The notes: generated by a model from the letters alone, not told the origin. DNA of 64,000 nt from an uncultured Pseudobdellovibrionaceae bacterium (GCA_964360255.1 CAYHVK010000017.1:4469-68468); one strand, 5' to 3'. Positions 47,312 to 57,281 are shown, numbered from the stretch's first letter. Numbers and translations are program-made.

Positions 47312-48415
47312 TTACTCGAGAACTGTTGTTTTTTTAGTTTCGGCTTCGTCACGAGTCTCTTCATTGGCCTTTTTCGCTACCAAATTATTAAGAGTCTTCG
47401 TCGCCGCATCGTAAAGATCAGCTTGAATTGTTGCATAGCCTTTTTTGCAAGCAGCTACTTTAGTTGTCAGTTGAGCTTCTTTAGTATTGCGAACAGATGT
47501 TTCTGCAAACGCGATTTCACCTTTGTAAATAAACACATCATTATTTGTGCTTACTCGCGACGTTTGGGTGAACGTCATATTGCCCACATAGCGCCCGCAT
47601 TTAATCGGAAGGATACCTTCAGCAACTGGTTTCAATTCAAGTTTTGAGAAGCTATCGCGATTAGCCGTTTTATCTTGGCGTTGCATTTCAACATATGCAT
47701 CAGAGATGGCAATGCCAGTGAGTAATCCTGTCGATTGAGAAATCTGAACTAAACCGTAAACTTCCATAGTGAAAGTCGAGGTGCGAACTTTGTTGTTCGC
47801 TTCTTTGGTTTGTACCGTAATAACGAACATACTTTCTAAATCGAAAACATTCGGTGAAGCACTGAGAGTCGTCGGAGTTAAACGAACTTTTCTCTTGATC
47901 GTATAAAGATTTTTATTCGACTGCTCGATTTCAATGACATTGCTGAATGGAGCGGTGAGTGAAGTGAGGACTTTGTCTTTTAAAGTCATCTCGATAGTTT
48001 CACGACCATCCCAAAGACCGCCACCAGGAGCGTTGTTGCAGGCACCCCGAGTTGTAATAACAGAAACTGAGCGAGCTGTATCGCTCACTGTTGGTGTGGC
48101 AACTTGGCATTTTTTTAATACGAGTAAACCCGTGGCATCCTTATCTTTTAAACCCGTTTCGATAGCATTTTCGATGCTGATAAGAGCGATATTGAGAACA
48201 GCGCCTAAAGAATCAGTAGCGAGATGCTTATTGCTGAGAGGCGCTGGCTTTGATGGGGGCCTATCTTTAGGGTCTCTTTTAGTAGCCGAGTCTTCAGAAC
48301 CGCCGCAGCCCGCAACGATTAAAGAGCTTGAAACCAAGGCTAGAGAAAGAATTGAGCGAATAACTCTAAGATATTGAAATCTCTCTATTTTTTCAAGTGA
48401 TGCGCGGCTTTTCAT
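47312..48415 (-). CDS. Hypothetical lipoprotein
   Basis: Lipobox LIVAGCGG, then a Pro/Lys/Asp linker and ~300 aa with no motif. Start at ATG 48413-48415, 6 nt after AGAGG. Only 2 nt separate it from rsmI. Confidence 0.6.
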   Translation of the reverse strand: MKSRASLEKIERFQYLRVIRSILSLALVSSSLIVAGCGGSEDSATKRDPKDRPPSKPAPLSNKHLATDSLGAVLNIALISIENAIETGLKDKDATGLLVLKKCQVATPTVSDTARSVSVITTRGACNNAPGGGLWDGRETIEMTLKDKVLTSLTAPFSNVIEIEQSNKNLYTIKRKVRLTPTTLSASPNVFDLESMFVITVQTKEANNKVRTSTFTMEVYGLVQISQSTGLLTGIAISDAYVEMQRQDKTANRDSFSKLELKPVAEGILPIKCGRYVGNMTFTQTSRVSTNNDVFIYKGEIAFAETSVRNTKEAQLTTKVAACKKGYATIQADLYDAATKTLNNLVAKKANEETRDEAETKKTTVLE

Positions 48416-48497
48416 TTTGACCTCTTTAAAGTTCACCAGATTTTACTTAAAAACCATTCAAATCGCATGCCTAATCGTGATTTAAGCTATTTCTGGT

Positions 48498-48516
48498 CTG
48501 CTTAAGTTTTAAGCAG
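48498..48516. promoter_or_regulatory. Perfect inverted repeat CTGCTTA-AGTTT-TAAGCAG in the divergent promoter region upstream of the heme operon
   Basis: 7-bp arms with a 5-nt spacer, 97 nt upstream of the hemA-like ATG. No upstream co-directional gene that it could terminate. Confidence 0.25.
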
Positions 48517-48612
48517 TTTGGGCTCGAATTCTCGAGTCACACCGATAACTTAGCTTACTTTTTGTGACAAAACTATGACAATTTTGGGCTTTGGGTACTA
48601 TATCTTTAAAGT

Positions 48613-49557
48613 ATGCATTCGCAATTGGCTATCATACATCGCTTGCACTCAGAAGGAGCTGTTTCCACTCCTGTTGATCACAGCTCGTTTTTTGCGTGGG
48701 CCACTTGCTTACGCACAATTCACATTGGCTCCCTTGATGAGTTAAAGCCAACGGTTATTGCTTCTACAGATGAAGTTTTTACGGGTAAAGAGGCCTATAT
48801 TTTCTTACTCGAAGTGGTGTGCGGAATGCGCTCGCCAATTCTTGGTGAAACAGAAGTGCATGGTCAATATCGTGAATTTCTCGAGAGAGTGAAGCCTCTC
48901 GCAAACAAAGAGCTCTATCAAGTTTTACATCAAGTTCATGTGCACGCGAAGAATGTCCGAAGCGAACATTTGCAAGGTTTAGGCAGCCAATCTTATGGCA
49001 GCTATTGCCGCAAAAAAGTCCGCAGTTTTAAAGAAGTGAATCTAGTGGGAGCGGGTCATTTGACTCAAGAGCTTCTACCTTGGCTGAATAAACTCAATAT
49101 CCATGTGCGTTTGCACGTGCGATCAATCAATGATCGCGTCGTTGAAATTCAAAAGAAATATCCAAAAGTCTCAATTGAGAGTCTTGAGAGTAAAAAAGGA
49201 CCACTCAGCGGAGCGGTTATTGTCGCGGCCCCTTTGACAGCGCAAAATTTAATCGGTTGGCTCGAGTCTCACTCGGTGGCTCTGATTTTAGATTTGCGTG
49301 GTGAGTCGGCGCAGGATCCTTTAATGCTGAATACGCAGATGCCAGTGACTCTTGAGAGCTTGAAAGATATATTTTCTACTATTGAAAGCTCTCGCGTTTT
49401 TATTCGTAACGAACTTGCGAAAGCTAAAGAATTCATAGTTGAAAAAGCTGAACTATTAGCACGCGAGTATACAGATGAAAGTTCGAATAGCGGCCCGAAA
49501 GAGCGATTTAGCGCGACTGCAAGCGTACATGGTCGGACGGGCACTTCAAAAATCTAA
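48613..49557 (+). CDS. hemA: Glutamyl-tRNA reductase-like protein, short form (no C-terminal dimerisation domain)
   Basis: WATCLRTIHIG (cf. TCNR active-site Cys), SPILGETEVHGQ (cf. LGE.QILGQ), HAKNVRSE, NADPH-fold LVGAGHLTQELL, LILDLRGE. 314 aa against ~420 typical. The last 83 nt overlap the hemC start. Confidence 0.7.
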   Translation: MHSQLAIIHRLHSEGAVSTPVDHSSFFAWATCLRTIHIGSLDELKPTVIASTDEVFTGKEAYIFLLEVVCGMRSPILGETEVHGQYREFLERVKPLANKELYQVLHQVHVHAKNVRSEHLQGLGSQSYGSYCRKKVRSFKEVNLVGAGHLTQELLPWLNKLNIHVRLHVRSINDRVVEIQKKYPKVSIESLESKKGPLSGAVIVAAPLTAQNLIGWLESHSVALILDLRGESAQDPLMLNTQMPVTLESLKDIFSTIESSRVFIRNELAKAKEFIVEKAELLAREYTDESSNSGPKERFSATASVHGRTGTSKI

Positions 49558-51013
49558 TCCGCAGCTTGAAGTTGAATACAGCTTCTCTACATCTCTAGGC
49601 GACATCAATCTCACAGATCCACTTTGGAAGATGCCTGAAAAAGGCGTATTCACTCAAGATCTCACGCAAAAACTTTTGGCTGGTGAATGCGACGTCGTTG
49701 TTCATTCATGGAAAGATCTGCCGACCGAAAATCATCCTGAGACCACAATTCTAGCGACGCTTCCGCGCGAGGATATTCGCGATATTATTTTATTTAAGCG
49801 CTCTTCATGGTCGAACGTAAATAAAACCGGCATTTTAAAAGTTTTCACTTCATCGCCTCGTCGCACTTATCATCTTGAGCCTTTTTTAAAATGGGCCTTG
49901 CCGCCCGGAATTCAAAAAATCACGTTTGATCCGGTTCGTGGCAATATCACCACTCGCATTCAGAAAATGTTAGAAGGGGAGCATGACGCTTTAGTCGTGG
50001 CAAAAGCGGCTCTTGATCGTTTACTCAATGCTTGTGATGATGAATTTTCTGAGAGTCGTAAAATTGTTCAAGAGGCCTTTAAGAAGTGTCAGTGGATGAT
50101 TGTACCGCTGAGTGAGTGCCCTGGGGCGCCGGCACAAGGAGCTTTAGCCGTCGAAGGCTTGAAAAAGCGCGCGGATCTGCAAGTGGCTTTTGACCCTATT
50201 AACAGCTTCGAGACTATGCGCAATGTAGTGGCCGAGAGAAAACTTTTTAGTTTTTATGGTGGCGGTTGCCATCAGAAAATTGGCATCTCGCAAGCCACTT
50301 ACGAATTTGGCGATGTCCTCTTTGCAAAGGGTGTAACAGATTTAGGCGAGGTTATCGATAAGCATCACCTGGTTCGCGAGAGAGCTACGTTGCCGGCCAA
50401 AACCACTGAAGAGTTTATTTTTCCAGTTAAGATGAAAGAGAGCCCGCTGTACTCTCGTGAAACTTTGCACGCTGACTTAAGTGAACTCGCCGCTCAGCCG
50501 AGTTTTATTTTAGTGGCTAAGGATGAGGCTCTTCCATCGGGAGTCCAAATTAATTCTGAGGCTGTATTATGGGCGGCGGGCAACCGCACTTGGCGTAAGC
50601 TTGCTGAAAAGGGCTATTGGGTTTGTGGTTCGCAAGACAGTTTGGGTGAGCAAGTGAATCCGCAAATCGAAACCATTTTAGGTTTAAATAAAATTACCAA
50701 GCATTTTAAATTGTCGCACAACGAGGCTCCTGAAATGATCGGGCCCAAAGAGGCTACAACTAAAAAAATTGCCACCTATCGCTTGATCGACCAGCCGGTG
50801 CCACCTGAGCTGGCGAAGAAAACAGATTTTTTCTGGGCTAGTTACTCGACTTTTAAGCGGGCTATTGCGAAGTTTCCTGAACTGCGTAAAGCCCGTCACT
50901 ACTGCGGGCCTGGTCATACTTACGATATGATTCGTAAAGATTTGGGTCCTGAAAGTGATGTTTCGATTTTTTTAAATTATTTTGATTGGCGTTCAGCTAT
51001 TTTGAAGGACTAA
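49475..51013 (+). CDS. hemC: Hydroxymethylbilane synthase fused to a uroporphyrinogen-III synthase-like domain
   Basis: N-terminal ~300 aa: VRIAARKSDLARLQA, HSWKDLP, PAQGALAVE, GGCHQKIG. The extra ~200 aa C-terminus shows HemD-like duplicated 'G..T...L...G' blocks (AAGNRTWRKLAEKGY; CGPGHTYDMIRKDLG). Confidence 0.8.
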   Translation: MKVRIAARKSDLARLQAYMVGRALQKSNPQLEVEYSFSTSLGDINLTDPLWKMPEKGVFTQDLTQKLLAGECDVVVHSWKDLPTENHPETTILATLPREDIRDIILFKRSSWSNVNKTGILKVFTSSPRRTYHLEPFLKWALPPGIQKITFDPVRGNITTRIQKMLEGEHDALVVAKAALDRLLNACDDEFSESRKIVQEAFKKCQWMIVPLSECPGAPAQGALAVEGLKKRADLQVAFDPINSFETMRNVVAERKLFSFYGGGCHQKIGISQATYEFGDVLFAKGVTDLGEVIDKHHLVRERATLPAKTTEEFIFPVKMKESPLYSRETLHADLSELAAQPSFILVAKDEALPSGVQINSEAVLWAAGNRTWRKLAEKGYWVCGSQDSLGEQVNPQIETILGLNKITKHFKLSHNEAPEMIGPKEATTKKIATYRLIDQPVPPELAKKTDFFWASYSTFKRAIAKFPELRKARHYCGPGHTYDMIRKDLGPESDVSIFLNYFDWRSAILKD

Positions 51014-51055
51014 TAAGCGCGATCGCTGAAGCGTGACCGCTAAAGAAAGGCACTT

Positions 51056-52348
51056 ATGATAACTTCTAAGGAATTATTCGAGAGATCTAAAAAAGTAGCG
51101 CCAGGGGGAGTTCATTCTCCGGTTCGGGCTTTTAAAAGCGTGGGAGGAGAGCCTTTGTTTTTCAAAAGCGCGAATGGGGCTTTTTTAACTTCAGTTGAGG
51201 GAATTTCTTACATCGATTTTTGTCAAAGCTTCGGGCCTAATTTACTCGGCCACCGTGATCCCGATGTGGCGAACGAAGTTCGTGAAGCTATCGATGTCGC
51301 TTGGACGTTTGGTGCATGCGAACCTTATTCACTTGAACTCGCTGAGTGGATTACACAGAAAGTGCCGTCGGCCGAAAAAATTCGTTTCGTATGCTCGGGC
51401 ACCGAAGCCGTGATGAGCGCATTGCGCGTAGCTCGAGCTGCAACGGGCCGGCATAAGGTTTTAAAGTTCGATGGTTGCTACCATGGTCACGTGGATAGCC
51501 TGCTTGTAAAAGCAGGGAGCGGGCTCGCCGGGGCATCGGCCTCTGACAGCGCCGGTGTATCGCCATCGGTGGCGGCTGAAACATTAGTTTCACCTTTAGA
51601 TGATATAGGCAGTCTTGAAAAAGTTTTTGCTAGTCACGGATCTGAAATCGCAGCGGTGGTTCTTGAGCCGCTACCGGCTAACTTCGGTCTCTTAAAACAG
51701 CGTAAAGAATTTATCGATGCTATTCAAACCTTGGCAAAAAAACATGGTGCCCTTTTATTTTTTGATGAAGTGATTTCGGGATTTCGTGTAGGGCTTGGTG
51801 GTATGGCAGAGCGTTTAAATATTAAGCCCGATCTTGTCACTTACGGCAAAGTGATTGGCGGCGGCTTTCCGGTCGGAGCCTACGCTGGACGTGCTGATCT
51901 TCTTGATCTTGTGGCACCTAATGGTCCGGTTTATCAGGCCGGTACTTTAGCTGCCAATCCCATTGGTGTCCGCGCTGGTCTTGCGACATTAAAAAAAGTG
52001 GTTCGTCTTTCGATTTACGATGAGCTTGAAAAACGCACAGAGCGTTTTACTAAAACTTTAAATGATGCGTTTACAAAAATGAACGTGCCCGTTGAAGTGG
52101 CTCGTGAAGCTTCAATTTTCTGGCTCCATTTGAAAACTGGAAAAACTGTTCGCACGCCCAATGATTTTCACCCTGAAAGTCGCGATGTTTATAAAAAGAT
52201 TTTTCACAACTGTTTAAAAAACAATATTTACTTGGCACCCAGCGCTTTTGAAGTAGGTTTTGTTTCTTACGCCCATACAGACGCAGTGCTAGATCAAGCC
52301 GCAACCGGAATTATTCAAGCGGTGCGTGAGGCCTATGGTCAAAAATAA
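51056..52348 (+). CDS. hemL: Glutamate-1-semialdehyde 2,1-aminomutase
   Basis: [23 protein letters not shown]-lysine [14 protein letters not shown]. Confidence 0.95.
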   Translation: MITSKELFERSKKVAPGGVHSPVRAFKSVGGEPLFFKSANGAFLTSVEGISYIDFCQSFGPNLLGHRDPDVANEVREAIDVAWTFGACEPYSLELAEWITQKVPSAEKIRFVCSGTEAVMSALRVARAATGRHKVLKFDGCYHGHVDSLLVKAGSGLAGASASDSAGVSPSVAAETLVSPLDDIGSLEKVFASHGSEIAAVVLEPLPANFGLLKQRKEFIDAIQTLAKKHGALLFFDEVISGFRVGLGGMAERLNIKPDLVTYGKVIGGGFPVGAYAGRADLLDLVAPNGPVYQAGTLAANPIGVRAGLATLKKVVRLSIYDELEKRTERFTKTLNDAFTKMNVPVEVAREASIFWLHLKTGKTVRTPNDFHPESRDVYKKIFHNCLKNNIYLAPSAFEVGFVSYAHTDAVLDQAATGIIQAVREAYGQK

Positions 52349-53225
52349 AAGTGTTCACCTTCAAGTTTATGCGGCCGTGGTTTGGTTATTATTAACCTGC
52401 TCGCTCATTATTTGGTGGATGTACTTTGTCGTGGGACTTATTTCGCAAATCCCTGATCATAAGCCTGAGCATCGTTTGATGCTTCTCTCTGAAGGTGGAA
52501 CGCTTTTAGTTTTTTTGATTTTGGGCGGTGGTACATTAATTTATTTTATCTTGCGTGAGCAAAGACTCAATCTGACTCTAACACAGTTTTTCTCGGCCTT
52601 CTCTCATGATATTAAAACCTCACTAGCCAGTCTTCGACTGCAGGTTGAAGCTTTGCGTGATGATCTTTCACAAGAAAAGAATTTGCAGCCCTCGGTGCAA
52701 TCTACGATCGCTCGTTTACTCGGCGATGCTTCACGTTTGCAGATGCAGGTAGAAAACAGCCTTTATCTAGGTTCAAGCAAAAAGCCCAATGTTTTTATCG
52801 AAGAAGTTGAGTTGCAAGATGTGTTTCAAGCTCTTAAAGAGTCTTGGCCGCAAATTGCGTTTGATATTAGTGGTGATGCCCAAGTTATGGCCGACCGTCG
52901 AGCTTTAGACTCAATTTTTAACAACCTTGTTCACAATGCCATTATTCACGGTAAAGCGATGCGCTTGAAAATTCAAATCGAGCCCGCCACTGCAGATGAA
53001 GCACGAGTGCAGGTGATTGTGAATGACAATGGTAAAGGCTTTAGTGGACCCTCTTCAAGTTTAGGTCAAATGCATTTTCGTCAAAATCCTTCAAGCGGCA
53101 GCGGATTAGGTCTTTTTATTGTGCAATCTCTTCTTCGTGTTATGAATGGTTCTGTCGTTTTTGGTGGTGGCGCGGGGCAAGGCTTTCAAGTGGTTGTTCT
53201 GCTCAAGGGTAAGATGACATCATGA
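52335..53225 (+). CDS. Sensor histidine kinase, two TM segments with a minimal external loop
   Basis: H-box [16 protein letters not shown]-box [11 protein letters not shown]1 NDNGKGF, G2 GSGLGLFIV. The TM pair is separated by ~15 residues. ATG 52335 overlaps hemL by 14 nt. Confidence 0.85.
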   Translation: MVKNKSVHLQVYAAVVWLLLTCSLIIWWMYFVVGLISQIPDHKPEHRLMLLSEGGTLLVFLILGGGTLIYFILREQRLNLTLTQFFSAFSHDIKTSLASLRLQVEALRDDLSQEKNLQPSVQSTIARLLGDASRLQMQVENSLYLGSSKKPNVFIEEVELQDVFQALKESWPQIAFDISGDAQVMADRRALDSIFNNLVHNAIIHGKAMRLKIQIEPATADEARVQVIVNDNGKGFSGPSSSLGQMHFRQNPSSGSGLGLFIVQSLLRVMNGSVVFGGGAGQGFQVVVLLKGKMTS

Positions 53226-53893
53226 ACTTACTTTTACTTGAAGACGATACAACTCTAGGAGAAACCCTCCGTGATCGCCTCCAGCGTGAAGGCTATTCGG
53301 TGACTTTGTGCCGTGATATCAAAACAGCGAAAGAAACCTTCGAGGGCTCTCAGTACAATCTTGTTATTATCGATGTGGGTTTACCAGATGGTTCTGGTTT
53401 TGATTTTGCAAAAGTAGTTCGCCGCAAATCAACGGTTCCTTTTATTTTCGTGACGGCTCAGTCAGCTGCTGAAGAGCGCCTACGAGGTTATGAGCTGGGC
53501 GCGGAAGAGTATATCCCCAAACCTTTTCATCTCCGTGAATTTTTACTCAGGGTGAAACACGTTTTAGCCAATCACGTCCAAGCCATGCCCCATAAGGTGG
53601 ATGCCGTGCTTATTGATTTGAACTCAATGACAATTAAAGCGGGCGGCGAAGAGAGTGCTTTGAATAGAAAAGAAGCGGCCGTCTTAAAGATTTTAATGGA
53701 GCGGGCCCCACAAGTGGTCAGCCGCGATGAACTGCTCGACGCGATTTGGGGAGAGAATGAATTCCCATCAAATCGCACTGTAGATAATATTGTTGTACGT
53801 TTAAGAAGTTTATTGGGTGAATCAGCCAAAAGAATCGTATCGGTTCGAGGTATTGGCTACAAATGGATGGATGGTGGTGAGAATGGCGAATGA
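53222..53893 (+). CDS. OmpR-family response regulator
   Basis: Receiver LLLEDD...LVIIDVGLPDGSG...IPKPF. Winged-helix output NRTVDNIVVRLRSLLG...RGIGYKW. ATGA overlap with the kinase. Confidence 0.9.
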   Translation: MNLLLLEDDTTLGETLRDRLQREGYSVTLCRDIKTAKETFEGSQYNLVIIDVGLPDGSGFDFAKVVRRKSTVPFIFVTAQSAAEERLRGYELGAEEYIPKPFHLREFLLRVKHVLANHVQAMPHKVDAVLIDLNSMTIKAGGEESALNRKEAAVLKILMERAPQVVSRDELLDAIWGENEFPSNRTVDNIVVRLRSLLGESAKRIVSVRGIGYKWMDGGENGE

Positions 53894-54902
53894 ACTCTTT
53901 CAAAATGCAATTCAGAGTAAGGCGCAAAAGATCCCGCCTATTTGGTTTATGCGCCAAGCGGGTCGCTACCACAATCATTATCAAAAGCTCAAAGAGAAAC
54001 ACACTTTTATGGAGCTGTGTAAAGAACCTGAACTAGCCGCACAAGTGGCTTTGGGCCCGGTTGAAGAGTTTGATTTTGATGTTTCGATTCTATTTTCAGA
54101 TTTATTATTTCCTCTTGAGGCTTTAGGAATGGGTTTGCGATATGACCCGGGGCCAATTCTTGATCGCCAGCTCGATAACAAAAACATTTTACAGTTGAAG
54201 TCTGTCGATGAAGCTATGCCAGCCCTCGCTTTTCAAAAAAAGGCGACAGAGCTCACTCGCGAAATCTTGCCGCGCCATAAAAGTTTGATTGGTTTTGTCG
54301 GCGGGCCATGGACGCTTTTCACTTATGCGGCTTGCGGTGGTCATGATGGCAATTTAATTTTAGCTAAAACTAATTTGGAGCTCTTTGAAAAATTCTGCGA
54401 AAAAATGGTTCCACTTTTAATTAAAAATATTCAGCTCCAACTGGATGGTGGCGCTGAACAGGTGATGATCTTCGATACTGCTGCCGGCGAGGTATCACCA
54501 TTCATTTACAATCAGTACATTGAACCACAGTTGGCAAAATTAGCTAAAGCTCATCCTAAGAAGCTTGGTTATTATTCAAAGAGCACAAACATGGCTCACG
54601 TTGAAAAAATATTCCAAGATAAGAATTGGACCGGTTACGGGGTGGATCACCGTTGGGACATCGCGAAGCTTTTAAAACAAAAACGCAATGGCTTTTTACA
54701 AGGTAATTTCGATCAGTCGCTTTTATTTTGCGAACCTGCTGAATTTAAAAAACAACTTGAGAATTATTTGGCTCCGATTCGTGAGCTTTCTCCTGAAGAG
54801 AGAGTGGGATGGGTTTGCGGTCTTGGTCACGGTGTTTTACCTAAAACTCCTGAAGCCAATGTAAAAGAGTTCGTGCAATACGTCAGAAAGGCGTTTTCAT
54901 AA
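53883..54902 (+). CDS. hemE: Uroporphyrinogen decarboxylase
   Basis: PPIWFMRQAGRY signature, FSDLL, FDTAAG. ATG 53883 overlaps the regulator stop by 11 nt. Confidence 0.9.
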   Translation: MANELFQNAIQSKAQKIPPIWFMRQAGRYHNHYQKLKEKHTFMELCKEPELAAQVALGPVEEFDFDVSILFSDLLFPLEALGMGLRYDPGPILDRQLDNKNILQLKSVDEAMPALAFQKKATELTREILPRHKSLIGFVGGPWTLFTYAACGGHDGNLILAKTNLELFEKFCEKMVPLLIKNIQLQLDGGAEQVMIFDTAAGEVSPFIYNQYIEPQLAKLAKAHPKKLGYYSKSTNMAHVEKIFQDKNWTGYGVDHRWDIAKLLKQKRNGFLQGNFDQSLLFCEPAEFKKQLENYLAPIRELSPEERVGWVCGLGHGVLPKTPEANVKEFVQYVRKAFS

Positions 54903-56114
54903 GTGACAGCAACCTCAGCGGCTAAAAAAATTCATATTATCGGCGGTGGGGTCTCAGGGCTTTTTGCCGCCTATCATTTGAAGAAATTAGGCCATGAAGT
55001 TGAGATTTTTGAAAAGGCCAACCGCTTAGGTGGGTTGATTCAAACTTTACATTTAGATTGGGGCGTCGTTGAGACAGCAGCCAATGGGGTGCTCAACTCG
55101 CAAAAGCTCGAAGCACTTTCGCAAGATCTTGAATTAGAATTTGTTCCGGCACTGAAAAAATATAAAAAGCGATTTATCTATCGCGGAAAGCCAAGGCAGT
55201 TTCCACTAGGAATTGCAGAGTCGTGGAAGCTTATTAAGAATATTTTTAACAACACCAAGCCCAATCCGAGGGAAACATTAAAGGACTACGCCCAGCGTGT
55301 TTATGGCTCAGGCGCCGCTCAGTATTTAGTTGAGCCGGCGGTGCTGGGAGTTTTCGGTGCCGAGGCTCGCGAATTGAGCGCCACCCTAGTTTATAATTAC
55401 TTCTTTGGTGGCAAACGCCATCCGGCGGTGGCTCAGCCAAAGCGGGGCACAGTGGCACCGGCGAAGGGCATGGCCGCGCTGATTGAGGCTCTTGGCAGTT
55501 GGTTGGTACGTAACGGTGTTAAGATTCATCTCTCAAGTCCTATAGAAAAGTTAGAAGCCGATTCAAGCGGCGTCACCGGCGATAAGATTTATATTATTGC
55601 AACAGATGCGCTGACGGCGGGTGATTTGCTTGAATCTATCGATGCAGATACTTCATCGCTTTTAAAAGCCATCGAATATAAACCACTCAGCTCTGTGACT
55701 GTTTCGTATACAGAGCCAACTTCTATAAAAGGTTTCGGTTGTTTGTTTCCACGTGATCAGGGCTTTCAAGCTTTTGGAGTTTTATTTAACACCTGCATTT
55801 TTGATGGGCGTGGGCCGAAGGCTACGGAAACTTGGATTCTTCCGGATGCTGAGAGTTCGGCGGATGAGCTTATAGAAAAGGTGAAGGCCGATAGTCGTCG
55901 GCTGTATAAAAAAGAATTCGTGATTCAAAATTCAATGATCACCGTTTGGCCGCGAGCGCTGCCACTTTATAGTCTACGACTTGAAGAGGATTTAAAATTA
56001 ATGAGTTTGCCTCGTGGACTTTACTTAACTGGGAATTATTTAGGGCAGATAGGTCTTTCAAAAATATTTGAGAGCGCCTATCAGCTGGCACAAAGAATTG
56101 ATAAGCAGAACTGA
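54903..56114 (+). CDS. hemY: HemY-type FAD-dependent protoporphyrinogen/coproporphyrinogen oxidase
   Basis: Dinucleotide fold IHIIGGGVSGLFAAYHL..G..V.IFE. C-terminal LYLTGNY..G. GTG start immediately after the hemE stop. Confidence 0.8.
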   Translation: MTATSAAKKIHIIGGGVSGLFAAYHLKKLGHEVEIFEKANRLGGLIQTLHLDWGVVETAANGVLNSQKLEALSQDLELEFVPALKKYKKRFIYRGKPRQFPLGIAESWKLIKNIFNNTKPNPRETLKDYAQRVYGSGAAQYLVEPAVLGVFGAEARELSATLVYNYFFGGKRHPAVAQPKRGTVAPAKGMAALIEALGSWLVRNGVKIHLSSPIEKLEADSSGVTGDKIYIIATDALTAGDLLESIDADTSSLLKAIEYKPLSSVTVSYTEPTSIKGFGCLFPRDQGFQAFGVLFNTCIFDGRGPKATETWILPDAESSADELIEKVKADSRRLYKKEFVIQNSMITVWPRALPLYSLRLEEDLKLMSLPRGLYLTGNYLGQIGLSKIFESAYQLAQRIDKQN

Positions 56115-56130
56115 TACGAAGAGGATAAGA

Positions 56131-57165
56131 TTGAAAAAAGCAGTGATTTATTTAAATTTAGGGACTCCGAAAGCTCCAAATGCTTGGGCCGTATCCCGTT
56201 ACTTACGCCAATTTTTAATGGATCCTTTTGTCTTAGATATTCCGTATATTTTTCGCTGGCTTCTCGTCAATTTGATCATCGTGCCGTTTCGCTCAAGCCA
56301 ATCAGCACACGCCTATAAAAAAGTTTGGCTTCGCGAGGGTTCGCCGCTTTTAATCAATTCGAAAAATTTAGTGGCTAAATTAGATAATTATTTGAAAAAG
56401 AATCACGGCGCTGCCTGGGATTGTTTTTTAGCCATGCGCTACGGTCAGCCATCTATTGAATCGGTTCTTCAAACCGTCGTCGCCAGCGGTTACAGCGAAA
56501 TCTATCTTTTGCCGGCTTATCCACAATATGCGTTGTCATCAACAGAAACGGCTTTCGTTGAAGCTGAAAGAGTGATTCAACACTTAGGCTTTAAAGGTCC
56601 TGTTTATAAATTACAAGATTACTATAGTGAGCCCGGGTTTATTCATGCGGTGGCTGAAAAAATTAAGCAGGCTCAAGCTGATTTTAAGCCCGATCATATT
56701 TTATTTAGCTATCACGGTTTACCAAAACGTCATTTGTCTGTACTTCACACTGAGTGTGTTTTTAATTCTGAGTGCTGCAATAAAGTTTGGGCTGAAAACC
56801 GCAACTGTTATCGTCATCAAACATTTATGACAACACATGCAGTTGTGAAAGAGCTAGGATTAAAAGCAGATTTCTACTCATTAGCTTTTCAATCTCGTCT
56901 CGGCTCGGGCTGGATCGAACCTTTTAGCGATGTTGTTATCACTGATCTTGCAAAAAAAAATGTAAAGCGTTTAGCGGTGGTTTGCCCGTCATTCACGGCG
57001 GATTGTCTTGAGACCCTCGAAGAGGTCGCTATTCGCGGTGAAGAGAGTTTTCGCCAAGCGGGCGGCGGTGAGTTGATGTTGATTCCGTGCGTGAATGACA
57101 GTGATCTTTGGGTTTCAGAACTCGCCAAGCTTTTACAAGACCCGACTAAAATGAATCTGCTTTGA
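56131..57165 (+). CDS. hemH: Ferrochelatase
   Basis: AVIYLNLGTP, LPAYPQY, LFSYHGLP (catalytic His), CPSFTADCLETLEE. TTG 56131 follows GAAGAGGA. Confidence 0.9.
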   Translation: MKKAVIYLNLGTPKAPNAWAVSRYLRQFLMDPFVLDIPYIFRWLLVNLIIVPFRSSQSAHAYKKVWLREGSPLLINSKNLVAKLDNYLKKNHGAAWDCFLAMRYGQPSIESVLQTVVASGYSEIYLLPAYPQYALSSTETAFVEAERVIQHLGFKGPVYKLQDYYSEPGFIHAVAEKIKQAQADFKPDHILFSYHGLPKRHLSVLHTECVFNSECCNKVWAENRNCYRHQTFMTTHAVVKELGLKADFYSLAFQSRLGSGWIEPFSDVVITDLAKKNVKRLAVVCPSFTADCLETLEEVAIRGEESFRQAGGGELMLIPCVNDSDLWVSELAKLLQDPTKMNLL

Positions 57166-57281
57166 TTTATGACTGGGCGCCCCAAGGCGTCTTTAGCAGA
57201 AAATCCGCTCTGATTTTTTAGAACTGACAGTCTTGCATTTTCATGATGATATTTAGAGCTATTCATACCTAAGGGCTCCTT

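Noticed and set aside
38876-48436. Genomic island integrated at the tRNA-Arg gene
   Set aside because: There is no integrase. I could not find a direct repeat of the tRNA 3' end downstream. The stretch also contains core genes (DTW tRNA-modification enzyme, rsmI). The hypothetical genes are better treated individually.
56952-56960. A9 homopolymer inside hemH (…GCAAAAAAAAATG…) as a possible phase-variation switch
   Set aside because: It is a single short tract encoding Lys-Lys-Asn in an essential-pathway gene. Nine A's in an AT-leaning genome is not exceptional, and there is no evidence of a frameshifted allele.
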